This document shows positions 9,981-17,686 of a DNA stretch of 18,986 nt, in pieces. Every line of letters starts with the position of its first letter. The stretch's first letter is position 1. The stretch is from Candidatus Fervidifonticultor quintus (GTDB lineage Bacteria > Sysuimicrobiota > Sysuimicrobiia > Sysuimicrobiales > Humicultoraceae). Under the pieces are notes generated by a model, which saw only the letters and a list, made by a program, of their open reading frames with translations, ran no database searches and was not told the DNA's origin. The stretch covers positions 1-18,986 of the forward strand of contig JAVKIJ010000062.1 in the NCBI GenBank assembly GCA_031459535.1, in the 5' to 3' direction. Both the position numbers and the translations under genes were made by a program.

Positions 9981-11699
9981 CTACGGCCTCGGCGACGGCG
10001 TCGGGGCCGGGGAAGGCACCCCCGGAGTGGGCAGCACCTGCGGCGTCACCACGAAGATGACCTCGCTCTCGGTGCGGCTCACCGACGTATAGCGGAAGAG
10101 GAGCCCGACCAGCGGGATGTCACCAAGGATCGGGACCTTGATGGTCGTCTTGCGCTCTTCCGAGCTGATCAGGCCGCCCAGCACCACCGAATCACCGTTT
10201 CGGACTGTGACCGTCGTCGAAGCCTTGCGGGTGGCGATCCGCGGCACCAGGTTCGGCAGCAGCTCGCGCACCGACGAGACCTCAGGCTCGATCTTCGCGG
10301 TGATGGACCCATCGGCGTTGACACGCGGGATGATCTTGAGGATGACCCCGACCGGCTTGAAGGTGTAGGTCACCCGGCCGGCCGCGTCGGTCTGCGGAAT
10401 GGGGATCTCCTCACCGAGGTTGATGTTGGCCTCGTTCCCATTGACGACCGCCACCCGCGGCGCGGTGATAACCCGGGCCCGGCCTTGGTTGACGAGAGCG
10501 GTCAACGCTCCGTTGATGGAGAACGTCGCCGTCCCGATCGTGATCTGGTTCGGGAAGGTACCCTGAATGGTAAAGATACTGGTGGGCGCGTCGCCGGTGA
10601 GGCCCCAGCGCAGGCCCAACTGTCGCAGGTCGTCCACGTTGATGTCCACGACGCGGCTCTCGACCATGACATTGACCAGTTGCACGTCGAGGCTCGCGAG
10701 GATCTTGCGGACCTCTTCGTGCTGTGCCGGTGTGCCCACCACCACCATGTTGTTCGTCCGCGAATCTGACGTCACCCGAATCCCCGGTACCGCCGCCCGC
10801 ACCGCGTCGGCGATCTCCTTGGCATTCCCGAACCCGATGGGATAGCTGATCGTCTCGGGGCCTTCAGGTGGCGGCGCCAGCCGGTCGGCCGGCAGCACGA
10901 TCAGGTTCCGGCCCACACGGCGGAATCCCAGGTTGTTGGCCTCGAGGATGAAGCGCAGCGCCTCATCACACGTGAGGTCGAGCAGGCGGACGGTGATCTG
11001 TCCCTTCACGGACGTGTCGGTCACGATGTTGACGTTGCACACCCTGGCCAGCGCGCTCAGTACATCGGCCAGCTCGGTCGCCCTGAACTCAAGCGAGATG
11101 CGGCTCGGCTGGCCGGGAGGGGCCTGGGCTACGAGCTCCGTCGGCGCAGGCGCCGTGGATGCCTGGGCCTGCAGGGACGGCGCCGGGGCGGCAGGCGCAG
11201 GCGCAACCGCCGGGGCAGGCAGGGCCGTCGGAGCAGGCAGGGCCGTCGGAGCAACCGGGATCGCGGCCGCGTTGCCAGCCGAGAACTTCGTGACCAGGAC
11301 GGCCGGCGCGGTCGTCGCAATCGTGTACGGGACCGCCCGATCCATGTCAACAGCGATCCGGACCACGGCGGGGCTGGCCTGGAACTGCCCGGTCCGCACA
11401 CGGACCAGACCGCCCCGCCGCAGCTCGATCTGCGGCGGCACCGACGCGTCGAGGGTCGCGCCGGGCAGGTCAATCACCAGCCTGGGGGGCGACGACAACT
11501 GCAGCGTGCGGTAATTGAGCGGGCCGGTGCCCACGATCGCAAGCTGCAGGGTCTCCCCGAAGGTCTTCACGCCGACCTGCGTGATGCGCACTGGGTCGGT
11601 CTGCGTTGCGGCCGGTGCCGCCGGGATCAGCGCGAGCGCGACGACGACAGCCAGCCCGACTGTGACTCTGATGGTTGTCCTACGGTTTCGCGGCCACAT
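9981..11699 (-). CDS. pilQ: Type IV pilus secretin PilQ-like (AMIN + N0/STN + N3 + secretin)
   Basis: Signal peptide, AMIN-like LSSPPRLVIDLP...VRIAVD, N0 ISLEFRATELADVL...NIV, DSRTNNMVV, and secretin C-domain VRNGDSVVLGGL / KVPILGDIPLVGLLFR / IFVVTP. Confidence 0.9.
   Translation of the reverse strand: MWPRNRRTTIRVTVGLAVVVALALIPAAPAATQTDPVRITQVGVKTFGETLQLAIVGTGPLNYRTLQLSSPPRLVIDLPGATLDASVPPQIELRRGGLVRVRTGQFQASPAVVRIAVDMDRAVPYTIATTAPAVLVTKFSAGNAAAIPVAPTALPAPTALPAPAVAPAPAAPAPSLQAQASTAPAPTELVAQAPPGQPSRISLEFRATELADVLSALARVCNVNIVTDTSVKGQITVRLLDLTCDEALRFILEANNLGFRRVGRNLIVLPADRLAPPPEGPETISYPIGFGNAKEIADAVRAAVPGIRVTSDSRTNNMVVVGTPAQHEEVRKILASLDVQLVNVMVESRVVDINVDDLRQLGLRWGLTGDAPTSIFTIQGTFPNQITIGTATFSINGALTALVNQGRARVITAPRVAVVNGNEANINLGEEIPIPQTDAAGRVTYTFKPVGVILKIIPRVNADGSITAKIEPEVSSVRELLPNLVPRIATRKASTTVTVRNGDSVVLGGLISSEERKTTIKVPILGDIPLVGLLFRYTSVSRTESEVIFVVTPQVLPTPGVPSPAPTPSPRP
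11215..11253. repeat. 18-bp tandem repeat x2 (APTALP) in the PilQ linker
   Basis: gcaggcagggccgtcgga repeated exactly at 11215 and 11233. Confidence 0.85.
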
Positions 11700-12333
11700 G
11701 CGCTCCGTTCACTCCTCCCAGCTTCAGCTCGAAGCGTTCACCCTCTTGCTCCAAGACCACGAGGAAACGCGCCACGTCCACCACAGCGACCTTGATCTTG
11801 TCGAGAATCACGTCACCAACCCCGACAATGTACGTCTTCCCCTCGAGGCGCACGATCGCCACACCGCCGCCGTCCCCCAGCACACCCACGAGTTGGGCCA
11901 TGCTCGCTTCCTTGGGCGGAGGCGTCGGCGTCGGTGCGGGCGACGGCTGGCCTGGGGCCTGACCCGGGAACAGCGGCGGCGGGAGCGGCGCCGGAGGCGG
12001 CAGCGGCACGCCCGCCGGCCCGCCGGCCGCAGCCACCACCAGCGGCGCAAACGGATCGGGCCGCCCGGTACCCACAGCGCCAACGGCCGCTGGCAAGGGC
12101 GCAGGGCTTGGCGAGGGCGTAGCCACCTGCGGTGCCGGCATCGCGGGAGGAGTAGGCGCAGCCGGCGCGACCAGTGCCGGTGAGGCCGCAGGTGCCGGAG
12201 CCAGCGGCGGCTGCTCCGTCACGGGTACGCGGGATGGCCCCCTGGGATACAGAACGATGACGCCGATCAGCCCGACGACGATTGCGATGGGAATGACCGG
12301 GTGGGCTTTGAGGTATTCGATCGCCTTGCGCAT
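11680..12333 (-). CDS. PilP-like pilus alignment protein (TM-anchored, Pro-rich)
   Basis: N-terminal TM helix, GRPDPFAPL motif typical of PilP-like proteins, and a C-terminal beta domain QLVGVLG...AIVR...YIVGVGD. Lies directly upstream of the secretin. Confidence 0.7.
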   Translation of the reverse strand: MRKAIEYLKAHPVIPIAIVVGLIGVIVLYPRGPSRVPVTEQPPLAPAPAASPALVAPAAPTPPAMPAPQVATPSPSPAPLPAAVGAVGTGRPDPFAPLVVAAAGGPAGVPLPPPAPLPPPLFPGQAPGQPSPAPTPTPPPKEASMAQLVGVLGDGGGVAIVRLEGKTYIVGVGDVILDKIKVAVVDVARFLVVLEQEGERFELKLGGVNGAHVAAKP

Positions 12334-12421
12334 GAGGCCCCCTGATGCTGAATTCACAAGAATCCGTTTCGGAGCCCCGGCAGGCCCCAAGAGCACCTGT
12401 CGCTGTTGACAGTGCCTACCC

Positions 12422-12448
12422 TTTCGTCAGAGTGCCCGAAACTCCTGC
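12422..12448 (-). promoter_or_regulatory. SigH-like promoter upstream of pilP-pilQ
   Basis: GCAGG-agtttcgggcactctga(17)-CGAAA; the same motif occurs at 13277 and 17675. Confidence 0.65.
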
Positions 12449-12495
12449 ACAATAGACATCTGGGGCCGCCGTCATCCAGGCCAAGTCAGCCGCCC

Positions 12496-13236
12496 TCACC
12501 CCCAATACCAGCGCACGATGGCTTCGCCCCAGAACAACGCCACCAGCGCCCCCACCGCCAGGGCCGGGCCGAAGGGAATGGCGTCCTTCCGGCCCCGCAC
12601 CCGAAGGGCCAGCAGCGCGATACCAGCCAGGCCGCCCACCGTAAACGCCGAAAACAGCGCTACGGCCACCCCCGGCCAGCCCAGGAACGCCCCGATCATG
12701 GCGGCCAGCTTGATATCTCCGCCGCCCATGCCGCCCCGGCTGAGGATGACGATGACGGCGATCAGGCCGGCGGCCCCCAGCGCGCTCAGGAACGCGGGCA
12801 CCAGCCTGGTCTGGAGGCCAGCAAAGACCAGACCGGCGGCGATCCCGGGATAGCTGATCCGGTCGAGGATCAACTGATGGTCGAGGTCGATGAACGTGAT
12901 CACCAGCAGCAGAAACGCGAATGTCACGCCACCTGCCCTGGCGACCGGGTCCGGGAAGGCCACCCACACTGCCAGGGCGAGCGCGGTCATCAGGGCCTCC
13001 ACCAACGGATAGCGCGGCGAGATCCGGCCCCCACAGTGCCGGCAGCGACCGGCCAGGAGGATGTAGCTCACCAGGGGGATGTTGTCCCACGGCCGGATCG
13101 GCACGCCGCAACGGGGACACCGAGAGCCGGGGACGACGATGGACCCACCCCGGGGCACGCGGTGGATGACCACGTTCGCGAAGCTCCCGAGCACCGCGCC
13201 CAGCGCGCCGGCAACGACGAGCTCACCCGCGCCCAC
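12496..13236 (-). CDS. pilD: Prepilin peptidase/N-methyltransferase (A24 family)
   Basis: GSFANVVIHRVP, two CxxC motifs (CPRC, CRHC), DNIPLVSY, catalytic IDLD and GGGDIKL, and IPFGPAL. Start is GTG 13236 or 13245. Confidence 0.95.
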   Translation of the reverse strand: MGAGELVVAGALGAVLGSFANVVIHRVPRGGSIVVPGSRCPRCGVPIRPWDNIPLVSYILLAGRCRHCGGRISPRYPLVEALMTALALAVWVAFPDPVARAGGVTFAFLLLVITFIDLDHQLILDRISYPGIAAGLVFAGLQTRLVPAFLSALGAAGLIAVIVILSRGGMGGGDIKLAAMIGAFLGWPGVAVALFSAFTVGGLAGIALLALRVRGRKDAIPFGPALAVGALVALFWGEAIVRWYWG

Positions 13237-13263
13237 GCCTAGCACGGCTCCAGCAGGGCATAG

Positions 13264-13269
13264 AGTATA
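13264..13269 (-). promoter_or_regulatory. Possible -10 element (TATACT) for pilD
   Basis: TATACT lies 20-30 nt upstream of the pilD start candidates; no convincing -35. Confidence 0.35.
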
Positions 13270-13276
13270 CAGAACG

Positions 13277-13303
13277 GCAGGAGAATGGCGCTTCGCCCCG
13301 AAC
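13277..13303 (+). promoter_or_regulatory. SigH-like promoter upstream of the exported hypothetical protein
   Basis: GCAGG-agaatggcgcttcgccc(17)-CGAAC. Confidence 0.6.
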
Positions 13304-13370
13304 GTGGTTTCGAGGCAGGAAGCGTTCGTCGAGGACGCGGCCGGACGTCCCGCGCGAGGAGGTGGACGCG

Positions 13371-14222
13371 ATGACCAGACCTGCATGGCTGGTGATTCTT
13401 GCGCTGTTCGTCGGGCTCGGGACCCCGGTCGCCGCGCAGTCGTTCTCCGCACCCGCCCCGGTGCTCATTGTGCCAGGGCAGAGCATCGCGGCGCTGGCGC
13501 TCGGGCGTTCTGTCTCGTCCACGCTCGCGCGGCTCGGGGCGCCGGGAGAGGTGCGCACGCTCCGCGACGGCGCGCTGTACACGTTCCCGCGCTACGGCCT
13601 CAACGTCTACGCCGCCGACGGCGTCGTACGGGCCATCTCCACAACTAACAGCCTGCTGCGTACCGCGGAGGGCATCGCGCTCGGGGCGACCGTCGCCGAG
13701 GTGCGCCGGGTGTTCGGCTCGCAGTTCAGCGACGCGGTCATCGAGGGTCTGATGGGGATCGCCTACGATCAGCATGGAATCGCCTTCGGGCTCGACGGGG
13801 TGATCGTGTCGGTGATCATGGTGTATCCGCCCCGCATCCAGGCCGCGGCTCCGCCCGGCACCCAGACCGTAACGATCCCTGGCGCCGCCCCATCCGCGGC
13901 GCCCACCGGAACGCCGCCTGCGGCAGCTGCCCCGTTCTCGCCCGCCGACCAGTCACCGGCACCGGCGCCAGCCACGCCGGCTGCTGCCGCGCCCTCCACT
14001 GGTGTACCGACCCCGCCTTCCGTGGCGACCGGCCCCGCGTACCTGGACATCGGCCTCGTGGCGCTCCCGCGCGTCGACAGCCTCAAGCCCTTCTCGCCGG
14101 AAACCCAATACATGTCGGTCATCGGGTTTCTCCGATATGTCGTCTACCAGCAGACCGGTACATGGCTGACCACGGCGGAGGCCACGCGGATGCTCCAGGA
14201 GCAGCAGCGGGTTCGCCTCTGA
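13371..14222 (+). CDS. Exported hypothetical protein: duplicated BLIP/SmpA-like module, Pro/Ala linker, small C-terminal domain
   Basis: RBS AGGAGGT 7 nt before ATG 13371, signal peptide ending PVAA-QS, internal repeats IAALALGRSVSSTLARLG and EGIALGATVAEVRRVFG. The fold assignment is inference. Confidence 0.8.
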   Translation: MTRPAWLVILALFVGLGTPVAAQSFSAPAPVLIVPGQSIAALALGRSVSSTLARLGAPGEVRTLRDGALYTFPRYGLNVYAADGVVRAISTTNSLLRTAEGIALGATVAEVRRVFGSQFSDAVIEGLMGIAYDQHGIAFGLDGVIVSVIMVYPPRIQAAAPPGTQTVTIPGAAPSAAPTGTPPAAAAPFSPADQSPAPAPATPAAAAPSTGVPTPPSVATGPAYLDIGLVALPRVDSLKPFSPETQYMSVIGFLRYVVYQQTGTWLTTAEATRMLQEQQRVRL

Positions 14223-14236
14223 GGGGAACCCGCTGC
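14204..14236. terminator. Hairpin between convergent genes (probably bidirectional)
   Basis: 11-bp perfect inverted repeat GCAGCGGGTTC...GAACCCGCTGC spanning the + gene stop and adjoining the GGDEF gene stop. Confidence 0.6.
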
Positions 14237-14237
14237 G

Positions 14238-15230
14238 CTAGCTCGTTCCCTGCACGTCGGCCGCGATGACGACGTTCCCGCCCACGAGTCGCGCGCGGTC
14301 GCGGGCGGTGCGGACCGCCTCCAGCAGCTCGCGCGCTGTCGCCCCGTGTTCCGGGTGGGCCCCGATGCCCACCGACAGGCTGAGCTGACCTCGACCCTCG
14401 TCGCCGAGGGTCGGCAGGTTCTGCAGCGGCCGCAGGTCGGCCACCTCCAGCCGCAGGCGCTCGGCCACCACGTAGGCCGACTCCAGGGGGGTTTCCGGCA
14501 TCGCCAGCGCGAACTCGGTCTCGTCGGTCCGCGCCTTCACGTCCACATCTCGGGTGAGGTTGCGCAGCACCCCGGCCACGCTGGCCAGTGCCTCCTGGGC
14601 GGCGGCCTCGCCGTACCGGTCGCGGAATGCGCCGAAGCGGTCCACGTCACACACGATCAGTGACAGGTGTCGCCGGTACCGGGCCGCGCGCTTGACCTCC
14701 ACGGCGAGGTGCTCGTCGAAGTACCGCGCCGTGAACAGGTCGGTCGTGCGGTCCTGAACCGCTTGCTCGACCAGGGCCTGCTGGAGCTGCTCCAGCTCTC
14801 GCGCGTGGGCGGCGGCCCGCTGTTCTGACAGGTACTGGAACTGGGTGACGAACTCGACGATGGTGAAGTCGGTGGCCTGGGCCAGCCCCCCAAACAAATC
14901 CGCCCGATCGCCGGCATCGGGGACAATCTGCGCGCACAGGTCCGCCGCCAGGTCACGGAACACCAGGAAGCCCTGGATGACCTCGGCGGCGCCGAACCCC
15001 ATGCTCAAGCGCAACGCGGCCTCCTGGTGGATGAACTCGCGCAGGCGCGAGGGGTCGTCTGTGTCGAGGTAGGCGATCAGCTCAGCAAGATACGTGCGTC
15101 CCAGCCGGCGGAGCTCCTCCAGCGGCCGGTAGACGAACCCCGACGGCCGCATGCGGGAGAGGGCACCGGCCCAGTCGGCCGCGATGCGGTCCCGTTCCCG
15201 GTCGAGCAGACTGGCCAGGCGGCTCGTCAC
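14238..15230 (-). CDS. RsbR-N-like (RsbRD_N) sensor domain plus degenerate GGDEF domain
   Basis: Helical N-terminus (LLDRERDRIAADW...HQEAALRLSMGFGAAEV). GGDEF-fold motifs DRTTDLFTARYF, SLIVCDVDRF, AERLR and LSLSVGIG. The active-site motif reads DETEF and the I-site reads RDVD. Confidence 0.85.
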   Translation of the reverse strand: MTSRLASLLDRERDRIAADWAGALSRMRPSGFVYRPLEELRRLGRTYLAELIAYLDTDDPSRLREFIHQEAALRLSMGFGAAEVIQGFLVFRDLAADLCAQIVPDAGDRADLFGGLAQATDFTIVEFVTQFQYLSEQRAAAHARELEQLQQALVEQAVQDRTTDLFTARYFDEHLAVEVKRAARYRRHLSLIVCDVDRFGAFRDRYGEAAAQEALASVAGVLRNLTRDVDVKARTDETEFALAMPETPLESAYVVAERLRLEVADLRPLQNLPTLGDEGRGQLSLSVGIGAHPEHGATARELLEAVRTARDRARLVGGNVVIAADVQGTS

Positions 15231-15254
15231 CAGCGCCCAGCACCACCGGATCGA

Positions 15255-15908
15255 CTAGGGCGTCGCGCGTAACTGCTCGGGCAGCACGTACGTCTCGGCG
15301 CTGATCGTCGCCCGTAGCCGAGGCAGCTCTTCGGGTGCCATCGAGATCTGCCTGAGCACGATGAACCGGGGAAAGTCCTCCAGGCGGCTCAACAGGCTCA
15401 TCAGCCCCGCATAGGTCCCGGCGTATGCCAGATCCAGCCGGAAGAGCATGTACTGGGGCTGCGCTGGGGGCACTGGCTGGGCGGGCTGCGCTGGGGGCAC
15501 TGGCTGGGCTGGCTGCGCCGGACGCGGTTGGCCGGCCGGCGGCTGCGCCGCTGGGCCGCCCCCTGGCTGGTTCTGCCCGGGCCTGAGCAGATTGAGCTTC
15601 ACGCCGATCTCCTGGGCTGTCGCCTGGAGCTGGCGGATCAGGTTGGGGATCTCGCGCGCCGGGGGCAGCTTGGCCTCGATCAGCCGGATACGGTCGGCCA
15701 GGGCCTGGAACTCCCGCTCGCGTTCCTCCCGGGTGTCCGCCAGGCGCTGCAGTCGCTCCACCTCGGCCTGTTTGCTGGCGAGCTGCGAGGTCAGCCTGCT
15801 GCGCTCGGCCGTCCTGGGGGTCCACACGAGGAGATAGAACACCACGCCGATGATGGCCACCAGCACCAGCGACAGCAGAATGCGCTCGCGCGGCGTCAGA
15901 CCCCTCAC
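15255..15908 (-). CDS. pilO: Type IV pilus assembly protein PilO
   Basis: LTPRER plus TM helix, coiled coil, KLPPAREIPNLIRQL and GTYAGLMSLLSRLEDFPRFI. Follows pilMN. Confidence 0.88.
   Translation of the reverse strand: MRGLTPRERILLSLVLVAIIGVVFYLLVWTPRTAERSRLTSQLASKQAEVERLQRLADTREEREREFQALADRIRLIEAKLPPAREIPNLIRQLQATAQEIGVKLNLLRPGQNQPGGGPAAQPPAGQPRPAQPAQPVPPAQPAQPVPPAQPQYMLFRLDLAYAGTYAGLMSLLSRLEDFPRFIVLRQISMAPEELPRLRATISAETYVLPEQLRATP
15457..15518. repeat. 27-bp tandem repeat (about 2.3 copies, PAQPAQPVP) in a PilO loop
   Basis: ggctgcgctgggggcactggctgggc(g/t) at 15457 and 15484, with a partial copy at 15511. Confidence 0.85.
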
Positions 15909-16465
15909 GGCCGATCACCCCCTGTCGCCTGCGGCTTCTGGATGCGGGCAGTCACTGAGAATTTCACCACTTCGCGCAGACCAATGCGCTCGGTCTGCGC
16001 CACCGTGAGATCTACCTCGCGGAACAGCTGGCCGGCCTTCAGGTTGTCCATGAACTGCGCCACCACCGGATATGTGAGCGCATAGCCGTCAATGGCCAAC
16101 GCGCTGGCCTCGGGCACGCTCAGCGACGTCACCCAGGCGTCCTTGGGAATCAGCAGCCGGACCTCGTTTAGCACCGACGCGGCCGGGAGCTGCTGGCGGA
16201 CCAGGGCGAGGATGAGCTGCTCCCGCTCCCTGAGGGCCGCGATGCGCCGCTCGAGCTCCTGCACGCGCTCGACCTGCGGCCGCAGCTCGGCGATCTTGCT
16301 ATCGGCCTCGGCGATCTGGCGCTGGAGCCCCTCGATCTGCGCCCGGAGCATGAGGCCGAGAATGATGACCACCACCAGCGCAACGATCGGCAGGCCGTAC
16401 TCAATGATCTGGCGGCCGGGGACGCGCCTGCGAGGTACGCGCGGCAGTAGGTTGATGCGGATCAA
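15905..16465 (-). CDS. pilN: Type IV pilus assembly protein PilN
   Basis: INLLP PilM-binding motif, TM helix, coiled coil, and IPKDAWVTSL...IDGYA...VAQFMDNL. TTG start with GGAGGT RBS. Confidence 0.92.
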   Translation of the reverse strand: MIRINLLPRVPRRRVPGRQIIEYGLPIVALVVVIILGLMLRAQIEGLQRQIAEADSKIAELRPQVERVQELERRIAALREREQLILALVRQQLPAASVLNEVRLLIPKDAWVTSLSVPEASALAIDGYALTYPVVAQFMDNLKAGQLFREVDLTVAQTERIGLREVVKFSVTARIQKPQATGGDRP

Positions 16466-17565
16466 CTTACGTCACCTCCCCGCATGGCCAGGCCAACCGC
16501 CACGGCCATCGTGGGCCCCACGGCCTCGATCTGCTCGGGCGGATGCATCTGAGGGTTCACTTTGACGTTGATGAAGGGGAGTGCGACCGAGGTCGTCACA
16601 CCCAGCTCGGCGGCGATGGTCTTGTCGAGATTGCGCAGCTTGGCCAGTCCCCCGGCCAGCAGGATCTGGCCCACGACCGCGGTGCGGGAGCGGGTCTGGT
16701 AGTAGTCGAGCGACCGCCGGATCTCCGTCACTAGGTCGCCGATGTGCGGGGCGATGATGTCGTGCAGCCGCTCGGTTGTGTGGTCGGAAATGGTGGCGCC
16801 CTCCTCGAGCACCTCACCCTTCTCCTCGAGCAGGCTCTTGGCCGTGGCGGCGTCCACGTCCATCGCCTCATGGATGGCCGATAGCAGCACCTGGCCGCCG
16901 ATCGGGATGTTCCTGGTAAACCGCAGCCGCTGTCCCTCGGTGATCAGGATGTCGGAAGCCTCTGCACCCAGGTCCACCACCGCCACGGTCTGACCGTCGG
17001 CCGATATGGGCACCGCGGACCGCAGGAGGGCGAACGACTCGACGTCGAGGATACGCAACTGCACCCGCGCGGCTTCGGCCACGGCCATGATCTGATTGAT
17101 GACATCCTGCCGGGCCGCGACGACCAGGACGTCCAGCATGCGCCGGCCGTCCTCGGTGCTCTCGCCGAGGATCTGGTAGTCCATGTGGACTTCCTTAATG
17201 TTGTAGGGCAGGTATCGCTCTGCCTCATAGCGGACCGCCGCCGTCAGCTCCTGCTTCGTCATGGGCGGCACCTTGATCTCTCGCACCGTCACGGCCTGCC
17301 CGCCGACGCCCATGATGGCCCGGTCCACGCGGATCCCGACCCTGTCCAGCAGGGCCCGGACGTGGCTGCCGAGCTCCTCCGGCGCGGTAGGGACGCCGTC
17401 CCGCATCGCCATGGGCGGGCTGGGTGCTGTGCCCATATGGGTCAGGCGAAAGCCGCTCCGGTAGTTTCCTGCGAGCTCCACGACCTTGATCGCGTCGCTG
17501 CCCACGTCAATCCCGACGTGCGCCTGGGGCGCGGATGGAAAGAGTCCCATCGGGGTGTGGCTCAC
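16462..17565 (-). CDS. pilM: Type IV pilus assembly protein PilM (actin-like fold)
   Basis: VGIDVGSDAIKVVEL, EAERYLPY, VVDLGA, EIRRSLDYY, LAGG and AVAVGLAMR. Start is GTG 17565 or ATG 17550 (MGLF). Confidence 0.94.
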   Translation of the reverse strand: MSHTPMGLFPSAPQAHVGIDVGSDAIKVVELAGNYRSGFRLTHMGTAPSPPMAMRDGVPTAPEELGSHVRALLDRVGIRVDRAIMGVGGQAVTVREIKVPPMTKQELTAAVRYEAERYLPYNIKEVHMDYQILGESTEDGRRMLDVLVVAARQDVINQIMAVAEAARVQLRILDVESFALLRSAVPISADGQTVAVVDLGAEASDILITEGQRLRFTRNIPIGGQVLLSAIHEAMDVDAATAKSLLEEKGEVLEEGATISDHTTERLHDIIAPHIGDLVTEIRRSLDYYQTRSRTAVVGQILLAGGLAKLRNLDKTIAAELGVTTSVALPFINVKVNPQMHPPEQIEAVGPTMAVAVGLAMRGGDVS

Positions 17566-17648
17566 CTGCCCTCCACGAGAAGTCTGCGAGTGTCCCCCAA
17601 CAACTATTCCCGGTCGGTCGCCGTATCAGACACCTGTTCGGAGGGAGT

Positions 17649-17675
17649 ATTCGAAGACGGAAGGAGAAACCCTGC
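17649..17675 (-). promoter_or_regulatory. SigH-like promoter upstream of pilMNO-GGDEF
   Basis: GCAGG-gtttctccttccgtctt(17)-CGAAT; closest of the three to the Bacillus SigH consensus AGGA...GAAT. Confidence 0.7.
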
Positions 17676-17686
17676 AATTGGGGCTC

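Noticed and set aside
12364-12442. Hammerhead ribozyme-like words (CTGACGA...GAAAC) on the minus strand
   Set aside because: Stems I and III cannot be formed around a UH cleavage site, and CGAA is explained by the promoter -10 element.
12447-12466. NrdR-box-like palindrome CACAATAGACATCTGGGG upstream of pilP
   Set aside because: Spacing is 4 nt too long, it is a single copy, and no nucleotide-reduction gene lies downstream.
13246-13452. Extended pilD N-terminus in the ORF track
   Set aside because: It overlaps the divergent promoter region and the plus-strand gene; A24 homology begins near 13236.
11215-15518. CRISPR array or phase-variable repeat interpretation of the tandem repeats
   Set aside because: The repeats are adjacent without spacers, are in-frame multiples of 3, and lie within coding linkers.
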